Assembly: GCA_964490215.1 (NCBI GenBank)
Contig: CAZBAM010000002.1
Span: 12,403 to 76,402 of the forward strand
Length of the DNA: 64,000 bases
Reading direction: 5' to 3'
Source of the DNA: Candidatus Micrarchaeota archaeon
GTDB lineage: Archaea > Micrarchaeota > Micrarchaeia > Anstonellales > Bilamarchaeaceae
In this document: in pieces, positions 29,297 to 37,634 of the stretch
Numbering within the stretch: position 1 is the first letter of the stretch
Layout: each line of letters begins with the position of its first letter
Translations under genes and position numbers: made by a program
The notes under the pieces: model-generated
Seen by the model: the letters and a program-made list of their open reading frames with translations, nothing else
The model's database searches: none
What the model was told of the DNA's origin: nothing

Positions 29297-30313
29297 ATGT
29301 CCAGGAAGGCGAAAATACTTGTCATCGGCGACGTTATGCTTGACCATTACGTTTACGGCTCCGTGAACCGGATGTCGCCTGAGGCGCCGGTGCCGGTGCT
29401 TGACGTGGAAAAGGAGGAGGGCTTCCCTGGCGGGGCCGGCATAGTCGCCTCAGCGCTCGCGGCGCTCGGGGCCGACGTGTCCTTCCTCTCGGCGGTGGGC
29501 GACGACGCGGCCGCAGGGGACGTTGAGAAGCTGCTGGCCAAGCAGGGCGTTTCCGCGAGCCTGGAAAAGGAAAGCGGCAGGAAAACCACGGTGAAGACGC
29601 GCTTCGTCCGCACCAATCCGCGGTTTGAGATGCTCCTCCGCGCTGACAGCGAGACCCGCGAGGGCATAAGGCCCGGGACAGAAACCGCGCTGTTCGCAGC
29701 GCTGGAGATTGAGGCTGCAGAATTGCGCGGCGTGAAGGGGCGGAAGGTTTTTGACATAATAATCGTTTCAGACTACGCGAAGGGCCTGCTCACGGGAAGC
29801 ATGATAGCGAAAGTGCTCGGGTTCGCCCGTGCGAAAGGGAAGAGGGTCGTCGTGGACACCAAGGGCGACATCCGCGCCTACAAGGGCGACAACGTCATAC
29901 TAGTGCCTAACCTGCACGAGCTCGGCCTCGCGTCCGGTAGGGAAATACCGAACGAGGACGCCGGCGTCCGGGAGGCCGCACTCGCCCTGTCCAAATCAAG
30001 CGGCAGCGTGGTTGTCGTGAAGCGGAGCGGGAAGGGCGCGAGCATAGCAGAGGCGGCATCCAAGGCGGCCGGAACCGGTTCGTTCCGCACTTATCCGTCC
30101 ATGGTGAAGCCTGAGGACGTCGTGAACGTCTCCGGCGCAGGCGACATCTTCGTCGCGATATTCACGCTCGCCCTCGCCTCGGGGAAAAGCATGGACGATG
30201 CGGTGAAGCTGGCGAACCTCGGGTGCGCGAAGGCAATCGCTAAGCAGCACCCGTCCATAACCAGTGCGGAATTGTCCGGACTCACTGCGGGTGCCGGGAA
30301 CGCGCAGGACTGA
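29297..30313 (+). CDS. hldA: D-glycero-beta-D-manno-heptose-7-phosphate kinase (HldE domain I, PfkB family)
   Basis: KILVIGDVMLDHYVYGSVNRMSPEAPVPVL...GGAGIVASALAALGA; C-terminal GAGD motif (NVSGAGDIFVA). ATG 29297 inside ORF 29153..30313. Confidence 0.7.
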   Translation: MSRKAKILVIGDVMLDHYVYGSVNRMSPEAPVPVLDVEKEEGFPGGAGIVASALAALGADVSFLSAVGDDAAAGDVEKLLAKQGVSASLEKESGRKTTVKTRFVRTNPRFEMLLRADSETREGIRPGTETALFAALEIEAAELRGVKGRKVFDIIIVSDYAKGLLTGSMIAKVLGFARAKGKRVVVDTKGDIRAYKGDNVILVPNLHELGLASGREIPNEDAGVREAALALSKSSGSVVVVKRSGKGASIAEAASKAAGTGSFRTYPSMVKPEDVVNVSGAGDIFVAIFTLALASGKSMDDAVKLANLGCAKAIAKQHPSITSAELSGLTAGAGNAQD

Positions 30314-30320
30314 TGATTCC

Positions 30321-30815
30321 ATGGGTGAACTACTTACGCTTGAAAAGCTCGCGGCCGTGCGGCAGAAGCTCAGGGACCAGGACAAGAAGGCGAAGGTCGT
30401 TTTCACCAACGGGGTGTTTGACCTGATGCACGTGGGCCACGTGCGCTTCCTGAAAAAGGCGAAATCGCACGGTGCAGTGCTCATCGTCGGCATCAACTCG
30501 GACGAGTCGGTGAAAAAGATAAAAGGCCCGTCCAGGCCCATAGTGGCAGAGAAATACCGTGCCGAAGTCCTGTGCGCGCTCTCCTGCGTTGATTACGTGG
30601 TCATTTTCGGGGAAACCACCCCGGAAAAAACGATTGAAGCGCTCCAGCCGGACATCCACGTGAAGGGCGGCGACTGGAAGGCTGACAAAATGCCCGAGAC
30701 CGGGCTCGTGCGCTCCTACGGCGGCAGGGTGGTCATAGAGGATTCCGAATCCGAGATAACCACCACTTACCTGATAAAGAAAATAATGGAAGCCTACTCA
30801 GGCGGGGTGCGGTGA
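30321..30815 (+). CDS. hldC: D-glycero-beta-D-manno-heptose-1-phosphate adenylyltransferase (HldE domain II, cytidylyltransferase-like)
   Basis: KVVFTNGVFDLMHVGHVRFLKKAK...INSDESVKKIKGPSRP (HxGH motif). Confidence 0.7.
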   Translation: MGELLTLEKLAAVRQKLRDQDKKAKVVFTNGVFDLMHVGHVRFLKKAKSHGAVLIVGINSDESVKKIKGPSRPIVAEKYRAEVLCALSCVDYVVIFGETTPEKTIEALQPDIHVKGGDWKADKMPETGLVRSYGGRVVIEDSESEITTTYLIKKIMEAYSGGVR

Positions 30816-30819
30816 GCCC

Positions 30820-31950
30820 TTGCCCCTGTTTTACGGGATTGAGCGCGTCGTGGAGAAGAACGTCCTCCCGGCGTTCTGCACGCTGCTCTCCTTCTTCAAG
30901 AGGAAGCGCCAGCCCGGCCCGGAGCCGAAGGGCATCCTCGTCCTGCGCTTCTGGGGCGTTGGCGAGACGATACTCACGCTGCCCATGCTCAAGGCGCTCA
31001 AGGCCGCGAGGCCGGACGCGAAAATCACGGTCCTTTGCACCCCGCGCAACCGCGAAGTGTTCTTCGCCCAGCCGTTCATAGACGCGTGCAGGACCGTGTG
31101 GACGTGGCAGCTCCCGGCGCTCGTGCTCGCGAACCTGTGGAAATACGACCTCGTGCTGGACACCGAGCCGCATTTCGCGATATCCGCCATCCTCGCCTTC
31201 TTCATGGGGAAGCGCTCCATCGGTTTCGGCTACGGTGAGCGGGCGAAGCTCTACGACGTAAAAGTCCCTTACAACGACCGCCAGCACGTGGTCTATACGT
31301 TCTGCGACCTGCTCCAGCCCCTTGGCATCGCTGCAAGGCCGGCCGAACTCGTCCGGTTGAAATACGGCGAGGACGCGCGCAAGGCCGCCGAGCTGCGCTT
31401 TGAGGCCAACAACATCCAGCCGAAAACCGGCAAGCCGATTGTCGGCGTGCACGCGTTCTGCGGCCCGACAGCCCCGTGGCGCGCATGGCCCAGGGAGCGC
31501 TTCGCAGAGCTGATAGATAGGATAACCGCGAAATACGGGTGCACGGTGATACTTACCGGCTCAGGGGCCGAGGCCGCAGGCAACGAGCAGATAATCTCGC
31601 TGCTGAAACGGAAGGGCTGCGTGTACAATTTCCCTGACCTCGCCTCGTCAACGCTCTTCTACCTCATAAGCCAGTACGACCTCATGATATCCAACGACAC
31701 CGGCCCGATGCACATCGCCGCGGCCCAGGGCGTGCCGGCCATAGGCCTTTTCGGCCCGAACACGCCGGAGCGCTTCGGCCCGTTCCCGCCGGGCCGCAAC
31801 GTCGCCATCTATCACCAGACGCCCGGCCACCCGGTCATAAACGTCCATCTCAACGAATTCGGCAAGTGCGACGGCGCGTGCATGCGCCTGATAACCGTGG
31901 ATGAGGTCTTCGCCGCTGCGGACGGCATCCTCGCCAGGAGAAGGGCGTGA
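30820..31950 (+). CDS. GT9-family glycosyltransferase (ADP-heptose-dependent heptosyltransferase-like)
   Basis: GILVLRFWGVGETILTLPMLKAL...; C-terminal NDTGPMHIAAAQGVPAIGLFGP, typical of the RfaF/RfaC/WaaQ family. Confidence 0.6.
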   Translation: MPLFYGIERVVEKNVLPAFCTLLSFFKRKRQPGPEPKGILVLRFWGVGETILTLPMLKALKAARPDAKITVLCTPRNREVFFAQPFIDACRTVWTWQLPALVLANLWKYDLVLDTEPHFAISAILAFFMGKRSIGFGYGERAKLYDVKVPYNDRQHVVYTFCDLLQPLGIAARPAELVRLKYGEDARKAAELRFEANNIQPKTGKPIVGVHAFCGPTAPWRAWPRERFAELIDRITAKYGCTVILTGSGAEAAGNEQIISLLKRKGCVYNFPDLASSTLFYLISQYDLMISNDTGPMHIAAAQGVPAIGLFGPNTPERFGPFPPGRNVAIYHQTPGHPVINVHLNEFGKCDGACMRLITVDEVFAAADGILARRRA

Positions 31951-31960
31951 GGCGATTCAC

Positions 31961-32995
31961 ATGCCCAGGATAGCCTTCCGCGCAGAGTCAGACCCCAAAT
32001 CAGGTTCCTGGCGGCTGCTGCGCTGCCTTGCGCTCGCGTCAGGCCTGAAGGAAACGGACCCCTCGTGCGAAATCACGTTCCTTTCGCACGCGCGCGACGC
32101 GCAGGCAATCGCGCGCAGCGGCTTCGGCCACGCCCAGTTTGGCGAGCTTAACCTGGTTTCCTGGGACCTTGAGGCGACCGCTGAGAAGTCAGAGGAGCTC
32201 GGCATCGGCATGCTCGTGGTGGACCGGCCCGGGATTGACGAGGAGTTCCTCAGTTCGCTCGCAGGGAAGGTGAGGACGCTCGCGGTCTTCTGCGACCAGG
32301 CCAGCCTCAAATCATACGCAGCCCACGCAGTCATAGACCCAGGCGTCCATGCGCACCTGGCCGAATACCCGTGCGGCGGGGCCACGTTCCTGGGCACCGA
32401 GTTCGCCCTGCTACAGCCGGAATTTGACGAATTCCAGGAGTTCAGTTGCCAGAACCCGGAGAAGGCCAGGCGCATTCTCGTGTATTTCAACGGCCCGGAC
32501 CACGCCCCGGAAGCCGTGCGCCTGCTCAAGCAGGTCCGCGCCCAGTTCTCCGCGTCCATAATCACCGGGCCTGAAGCCGCGGGGGGCGAGGAGCTGGCGC
32601 GGGAGATAGGCATCGACCCGCGTTTTGACGTCCTGCGCAATGACGGCAGCATCGCCAAACGGCTCGCGTCGTGCGATTTCGCCATCACCGGTCCTGAATC
32701 GCTCTGCGAGCCTGCGCTTTTCGCGCTGCCCACGGCGCTCATGGGTGAGTCGCCGGTTTCCGATTACGCAGCGAAGAACGGCCTCGCGCTTTCGCTCGGC
32801 GACGCAGGCTCCCTGGACGCCCAGGGCGCGAAGCCGCTTGAAGCGCTCCTCACTGACAAGCCTGCCCGGGACCGCATGTCAGCCCGCCTGAACGGGCTGG
32901 TGGACGGCATGGGCCGCTTCAGGCTCGCTGAAGAGCTGCTGGAGCTTCATCGGGGCGAAGGGCAGGCCGGCCGAAGCGAAAACGAACCGGTTTAA
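31961..32995 (+). CDS. Second PseG-like / glycosyltransferase-28 C-terminal-like (MurG-like) protein
   Basis: MPRIAFRAESDPKSGSWRLLRCLALA... resembles the PseG N-terminus; internal ATG 31961 within ORF 31901..32995. Confidence 0.45.
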   Translation: MPRIAFRAESDPKSGSWRLLRCLALASGLKETDPSCEITFLSHARDAQAIARSGFGHAQFGELNLVSWDLEATAEKSEELGIGMLVVDRPGIDEEFLSSLAGKVRTLAVFCDQASLKSYAAHAVIDPGVHAHLAEYPCGGATFLGTEFALLQPEFDEFQEFSCQNPEKARRILVYFNGPDHAPEAVRLLKQVRAQFSASIITGPEAAGGEELAREIGIDPRFDVLRNDGSIAKRLASCDFAITGPESLCEPALFALPTALMGESPVSDYAAKNGLALSLGDAGSLDAQGAKPLEALLTDKPARDRMSARLNGLVDGMGRFRLAEELLELHRGEGQAGRSENEPV

Positions 32996-33059
32996 ATTAT
33001 GCCGGGCCGTGCGCCAGCAAGTATTTAATTATACCAGCGCAAAAGTCACCTGAGTTCTC

Positions 33060-33968
33060 ATGAAAATTCTCGTTACCGGGGCGCTCGGTTTCATAGGTTC
33101 CAACATCACCGAGCGGCTCGTGAAGGAAGGGCACGAAGTGACCGCGTTGGACAGCATGCACACAGGCAGCGACGCCAACATCGCGTCAGTGAAGGGGCGC
33201 GTCCGCGTCATAAAGTCCGATTCTGGCTCTGTCGGAAAGATGGAAGAGAAGTTTGACGCCATCATCCACGAGGGCACGTATTCCTCCTCCCCGATGTACC
33301 GGAAGGAGCCGCACCTTGCAGCGAAGGTGCTGGACGAATGGATATCCATCCTGGAGCATGTCAGGAAGCACGACGGCTGCAAGCTCATCTTCGCCTCGTC
33401 CAGTTCCATATACAACGGCAACCCCGCGCCTTACCGCGAGGACATGCCTGTGAAGGTCACGGACTTCTACACCGAAGGACGCCATGCCATGGAGCGCATG
33501 GCAGACCTATACCACCAGTTCTACGGCATAAAGACGACTGCGCTGCGCTATTTCAGCGTCTATGGTCCGCACGAGGACGCCAAGAAAACCTACGCGAACA
33601 TAATAACGCAGTTCCTCTGGGCCATGAAAAAGGGCGAGCGGCCGATCATACTTGGCGACGGCAGGCAGTCCAGGGACTTCATATACGTGGACGACGTCGT
33701 GGAGGCCAACATGCTCGCTCTCCGGGCCAGCAAGCACGGCGTTTTCAACGTGGGCACAGGAAAAGCGGCAAGCTTCAACGAAGTGGTGGCCATGCTCAAC
33801 CGCCAGCTGGGCACGTCCATAGAACCGGCCTACGAGCGGAACAACATAAAGAACTACGTCGGGACCACGCTTGCCGACACCACGAAGGCAGCTGAAGGGC
33901 TCGGTTTCAGGGCCAAAACCGGGCTGGAGGACGGCGTCCGGCGTCTTCTGGCGTATTATCAAAGGTAG
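33060..33968 (+). CDS. hldD: ADP-L-glycero-D-manno-heptose 6-epimerase-like SDR
   Basis: MKILVTGALGFIGSNI; IHEGTYSS (HldD FHEGACSS); RYFSVYGPHE (HldD RYFNVYGPRE); NVGTGKAASFNEVVAM (HldD NLGTGRAESFQAVADA). TATA-like tatttaatta about 30 nt upstream. Confidence 0.55.
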   Translation: MKILVTGALGFIGSNITERLVKEGHEVTALDSMHTGSDANIASVKGRVRVIKSDSGSVGKMEEKFDAIIHEGTYSSSPMYRKEPHLAAKVLDEWISILEHVRKHDGCKLIFASSSSIYNGNPAPYREDMPVKVTDFYTEGRHAMERMADLYHQFYGIKTTALRYFSVYGPHEDAKKTYANIITQFLWAMKKGERPIILGDGRQSRDFIYVDDVVEANMLALRASKHGVFNVGTGKAASFNEVVAMLNRQLGTSIEPAYERNNIKNYVGTTLADTTKAAEGLGFRAKTGLEDGVRRLLAYYQR

Positions 33969-34038
33969 GCCAAGAGTAGGTCAAGAGCGGTAGAATCAGG
34001 CCAGGACAGGCAAAGGCAGGGGCGAAGGGCAGGCTGAC

Positions 34039-35718
34039 ATGGACGGCGACGAGGACATGGTGGATGAGGTCTCGGTCCATTCCACCGAGGTCGCAAGGGG
34101 CAGCTTCTGGAGCCTTTTCGGCGGCATGTTCTACAAGTTCATCTCATTCATTTACGTGGTACTCATAGCCAGGATGGCGTCCCAGAACGACGTGGGACTC
34201 TTTTACCTCTCGCTGGCCGTGGTGACCACGTTCATAGTGGTCAGCGACCTGGGCCTGCCCGCCTCGCTCATCAGGTACGCGCCATATTTTGAAGGGAAGG
34301 GTGAGCACGGGAAAGTGCGCGCGCTGCTGAAGTACGCGTACCTGGTCGTCAGCCTCCTGAGCGTCCTGTTCTTGGCTGCCATATGGCTGTGCGCGGACAC
34401 CATAGGCTCAATGTACCAGAACCCGCTGCTGCCCGCAGCCCTGCGCGTGGTTTCCCTGTTCCTGCTGCTGAACAACATCTTCAGGATAAACTATTCCTTC
34501 CTCAACGGCCTCAGCGACATAAAGCAGATGCAGTTCCTCCTGAACATGGACAACCTGCTGAAGTTCCTGCTCACGCTGGTCTTCTTCCTGTTCCTGGGCG
34601 CCTCTTTCATCACAATCGCCGTGCCGTTCCTGCTGGCCCACCTGCTGGTCGTGCTGATGGGCTTCGTGCTCGTCTCCAGGAAGGAGCGCACCCTGCCTTC
34701 AGGCCAGGACAGCCTGCCCTCGTTCTCATTCGTGCTGAAGGAGGTCGTTCCCTTCGGCCTGATGCTCACGGCCATATACTCGTTCAACATGGTCCTGGCC
34801 TCGTCCGACCGCATCCTGCTCGGCTACCTGGCACCGCCCTCGCAGGCAACCCAGCTCGTCGCAGTCTATTCAATATCCACGACGCTGGCCACTGTGCTCA
34901 TCATGCTGCCAGGTGCGATAGGCGCCATATTCCTCCCGGTGATGTCCCGGCTCGCTGGCAGGGAAGAGCTCGGGCAGATGCGCTCCACCATGGGCACAGC
35001 CCAGCGCTGGCTCCTGTTCATCATCCTTCCGGCAACGGCCGTCATGGTCTCCCTGCCGTCCGAACTGCTGGGCATTTTCTACGGCGAGGCATACCAGGTG
35101 GGATGGCTTGCAATGGCGATATTCACCCTCGGGATAATGATGAACGGCTTCGCCTACCTGATTTCCATGGCCCTGGCGGCCCTGAGGCAGGTCGGGCTGG
35201 AACTCAGGATATCCGCAGTCTCAGCACTGGCCAACATCGCCTTCTGCATCCTGCTCATCCCAGGGTTCGGCATGGCCGGCGCGGCCGCTGCGTCATTCCT
35301 CAGCTTCACCCTGCTCGCGCTCCTCTACCGCCACTACGGCCGGCGCCTTTACGGTTTTGCGTTCCCGCCGGAGACGCCCAGGCTGATGGTGGCCGCGGTG
35401 GCCGCATTCGCCGCCATGGTCCTGCTCAAGGGGGCCGCGTTCTCCCTGCTGGGCGCGTTCTGGCAGCCTTCCAGCGCCCAGTTCTCCATCGCCGACAAGG
35501 CAGTCTACCTTTCGTTCCTGGCCCTTCTGGCAGCGTTCGTGGCAGGCGTTTTCCTCCTCCTGGCGCTCCTGCTGAAATGCCTCAGGCGCGAGGACGTGTC
35601 GCTGCTGGAGAAAATCCTGCGCCGCGCCATGGTCCCCCAGCCCCTGGCGGCGCTGGCGCTCCGCTTCGCTTCCTATGGCACCGCCGTGCCGGAGCATGCC
35701 CCGCCCGCCCGCAAATAG
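34039..35718 (+). CDS. Wzx-like oligosaccharide flippase (MOP superfamily, polysaccharide biosynthesis protein)
   Basis: About 14 predicted TM segments; N-terminal region typical of Polysacc_synt family proteins. Confidence 0.55.
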   Translation: MDGDEDMVDEVSVHSTEVARGSFWSLFGGMFYKFISFIYVVLIARMASQNDVGLFYLSLAVVTTFIVVSDLGLPASLIRYAPYFEGKGEHGKVRALLKYAYLVVSLLSVLFLAAIWLCADTIGSMYQNPLLPAALRVVSLFLLLNNIFRINYSFLNGLSDIKQMQFLLNMDNLLKFLLTLVFFLFLGASFITIAVPFLLAHLLVVLMGFVLVSRKERTLPSGQDSLPSFSFVLKEVVPFGLMLTAIYSFNMVLASSDRILLGYLAPPSQATQLVAVYSISTTLATVLIMLPGAIGAIFLPVMSRLAGREELGQMRSTMGTAQRWLLFIILPATAVMVSLPSELLGIFYGEAYQVGWLAMAIFTLGIMMNGFAYLISMALAALRQVGLELRISAVSALANIAFCILLIPGFGMAGAAAASFLSFTLLALLYRHYGRRLYGFAFPPETPRLMVAAVAAFAAMVLLKGAAFSLLGAFWQPSSAQFSIADKAVYLSFLALLAAFVAGVFLLLALLLKCLRREDVSLLEKILRRAMVPQPLAALALRFASYGTAVPEHAPPARK

Positions 35719-35769
35719 CGCTTTTATAAACCGTTCCGCTTATTATGCTGTTTCATTTGAGGTATCGGC

Positions 35770-36621
35770 ATGTTAGAGGAAGTCATATTCGGCAAGCTTG
35801 TCATGCCCGGGGAGATGGTGCGCCTCCTTGTCGCTTTCATCGGCACCTGCGCGGCAGCGTACTACGACGTTTTCAACACCAAGAACGTGCCCAACGGCCT
35901 CCTTTACGCGTTCCTGGCCGCCGCCCTCCTGGTGGACGCCATATTCTACCAGCCTGACCTGTTCTGGTTCTCCATAGGCATGGCGGTGTTCTTCTCCGCC
36001 GTGGGCTACATCTTCTACCGCGTGGGCCAGCTCGGCGGCGCGGACATCTTCGTGCTCGTCTCCATAATGCTGCTGCTGCCCATCCACCCGTCGTTCATCG
36101 GCATGCCGTTCAACATGCCCTTCGCGTTCTCGGTGTTCATATTCTCCGGCGTGCTGTTCGCGCTCTACGTCATGGCATATTTCGGCTGGAAGCTGTCCCA
36201 GAACCCGGACGTCCGGCCGAACCTCCTCTACGGCCTCATGCTGGTCCCCTACTTCCTTTTCGCCTACGTCTATGTCAACTCGTTCATATTCTCGCCGGTC
36301 TATTTCGTCTTCATCTCGCTGCTCCTGTTCGCCACCATATTCTTCCTGATGTTCAGGGACTCGCTCAACCTGCTGCTGGCAGAGGAGCTTCCGCTGGCAC
36401 AGGTCCAGCCCGAGGACGTGCTCGCGCTGGAGATAATGAACAAGGACCTGATGGAGCGGTACAAGATACAGCGCGTGGTGACCACAGCAGAGCTTGAGCG
36501 CCTGAAGAGGACGAAGGTAACGGACGTGTGGGTATACACGAAGCTGCCGCCCTTCCTGCCCTTCATAGTGGCCGGCATGGTGCTTGCGCTGTTCTTCGCG
36601 AGGAGCCTCATCCTGATATGA
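35770..36621 (+). CDS. Polytopic membrane protein, A24-family (prepilin/preflagellin peptidase-like) aspartic peptidase candidate
   Basis: GQLGGADIFVLVSIMLL resembles the GGGD(V/I)K-type motif of A24 peptidases; multiple TM segments. Confidence 0.4.
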   Translation: MLEEVIFGKLVMPGEMVRLLVAFIGTCAAAYYDVFNTKNVPNGLLYAFLAAALLVDAIFYQPDLFWFSIGMAVFFSAVGYIFYRVGQLGGADIFVLVSIMLLLPIHPSFIGMPFNMPFAFSVFIFSGVLFALYVMAYFGWKLSQNPDVRPNLLYGLMLVPYFLFAYVYVNSFIFSPVYFVFISLLLFATIFFLMFRDSLNLLLAEELPLAQVQPEDVLALEIMNKDLMERYKIQRVVTTAELERLKRTKVTDVWVYTKLPPFLPFIVAGMVLALFFARSLILI

Positions 36622-36896
36622 TTGCCGACGTCACCGCGGTCCCCAAGTCCGGGCGTTTTTCAGTTTCCCTCAAGGACGGCAAGGTGAAGATATTCCTTAA
36701 GAGCGCAGCCGAGGGCAACAAGGCCAATATGGAGCTGGTGAAGGAGCTTTCAAAACTGCTCGGTGCGCCCGTGCGCATCGTCTCAGGCCACACGTCGCGG
36801 CGCAAGCGCATTGAAGCCGGCGTCAGCGAGGCCGAATGGGCAGCATTCATACAAAAAGCGCATGCGGCCGGGAATAGGCTTAAAAATTCCGGCTGA
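36618..36896 (+). CDS. DUF167/YggU-family small protein
   Basis: MIADVTAVPKSGRFSVSLKDGKVKIFLKSAAEGNKANMELVKELSKLLGAPVRIVSGHTSRRKRIE matches the DUF167 consensus (PvdGkAN...L..G.TSR.K). ATG 36618 overlaps the upstream stop. Confidence 0.5.
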   Translation: MIADVTAVPKSGRFSVSLKDGKVKIFLKSAAEGNKANMELVKELSKLLGAPVRIVSGHTSRRKRIEAGVSEAEWAAFIQKAHAAGNRLKNSG

Positions 36897-37027
36897 GCAG
36901 ATGGAACTGAGCAAAGGGAATAAGCTTCACAAATTAGAAAAGTCAAAATTAAAAATAAATTAAAAAGCCGAAATTAAAAAAACACGTCAAAATTTAAAAA
37001 AATTAAAAAAACAAGCGGGGTGCTTAC
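36897..37027. promoter_or_regulatory. AT-rich intergenic region with tandem AAATTAAAAA-like repeats; probable promoter region for lemA–htpX
   Basis: aaaattaaaaataaattaaaaagccgaaattaaaaaaacacgtcaaaatttaaaaaaattaaaaaaa in otherwise about 60%+ GC DNA; sits at the right boundary of the glycan island. Confidence 0.4.
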
Positions 37028-37594
37028 ATGGCAGGGGAAATCTTACTCGTCGGGCTGTGCGCAGGCGGAGTGGTGCTGGCGCTGGGCGCCTACGTGGTGC
37101 TCACGTACAACCGGCTCATCACGCTCAGGAACCGCGTGGAGAACATGTGGTCCCAGATAGACGTGCAGCTCAAGCGGAGATACGACCTCATACCCAACCT
37201 CATAGAGACCGTCAAGGGCTACATGAAGCACGAGAGGACCACCCTTGAGAGCGTCACGAAATACCGGGCCCAGCTCGTCACTGGCAGCGACGAGGAGAGG
37301 GTGAAGGCGAACAACATGCTCAGCCAGGCCCTCAAGTCCCTGTTCGCGGTGGCTGAGAACTACCCGAACCTCAAGGCCAACGAGAACTTCAAGATGCTCC
37401 AGGAGGAGCTTGCCGGCACCGAGAACAAGATTTCCTACGTCCGCACGGCTTACAACGACGCGGTGCTTGACCTGAGCAACTCCATCCAGATGTTCCCGGG
37501 CAGCATCATAGCAGGCGTGTTCGGCTTCAAGCCCAAGCCGTATTTCGAGGTGCCAGGGGCCGAGAAGGCAGCCGTGAAAGTCAAGTTTGAATGA
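37028..37594 (+). CDS. lemA: LemA family protein
   Basis: N-terminal TM helix followed by ...YNRLITLRNRVENMWSQIDVQLKRRYDLIPNLIETVKGY..., the LemA signature region. Confidence 0.7.
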   Translation: MAGEILLVGLCAGGVVLALGAYVVLTYNRLITLRNRVENMWSQIDVQLKRRYDLIPNLIETVKGYMKHERTTLESVTKYRAQLVTGSDEERVKANNMLSQALKSLFAVAENYPNLKANENFKMLQEELAGTENKISYVRTAYNDAVLDLSNSIQMFPGSIIAGVFGFKPKPYFEVPGAEKAAVKVKFE

Positions 37595-37634
37595 TGCCTG
37601 GCCGGGCCGCGTTCGGATGGCGTGAGGTTCTACG

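Noticed and set aside
34383-35729. 448-aa ORF (+, other frame) overlapping the Wzx-like flippase gene
   Set aside because: Extreme Arg/Pro/Gly/His composition (MAVRGHHRLNVPEPAAARSPARG...) with no hydrophobic segments; the frame-1 protein is a coherent 14-TM flippase.
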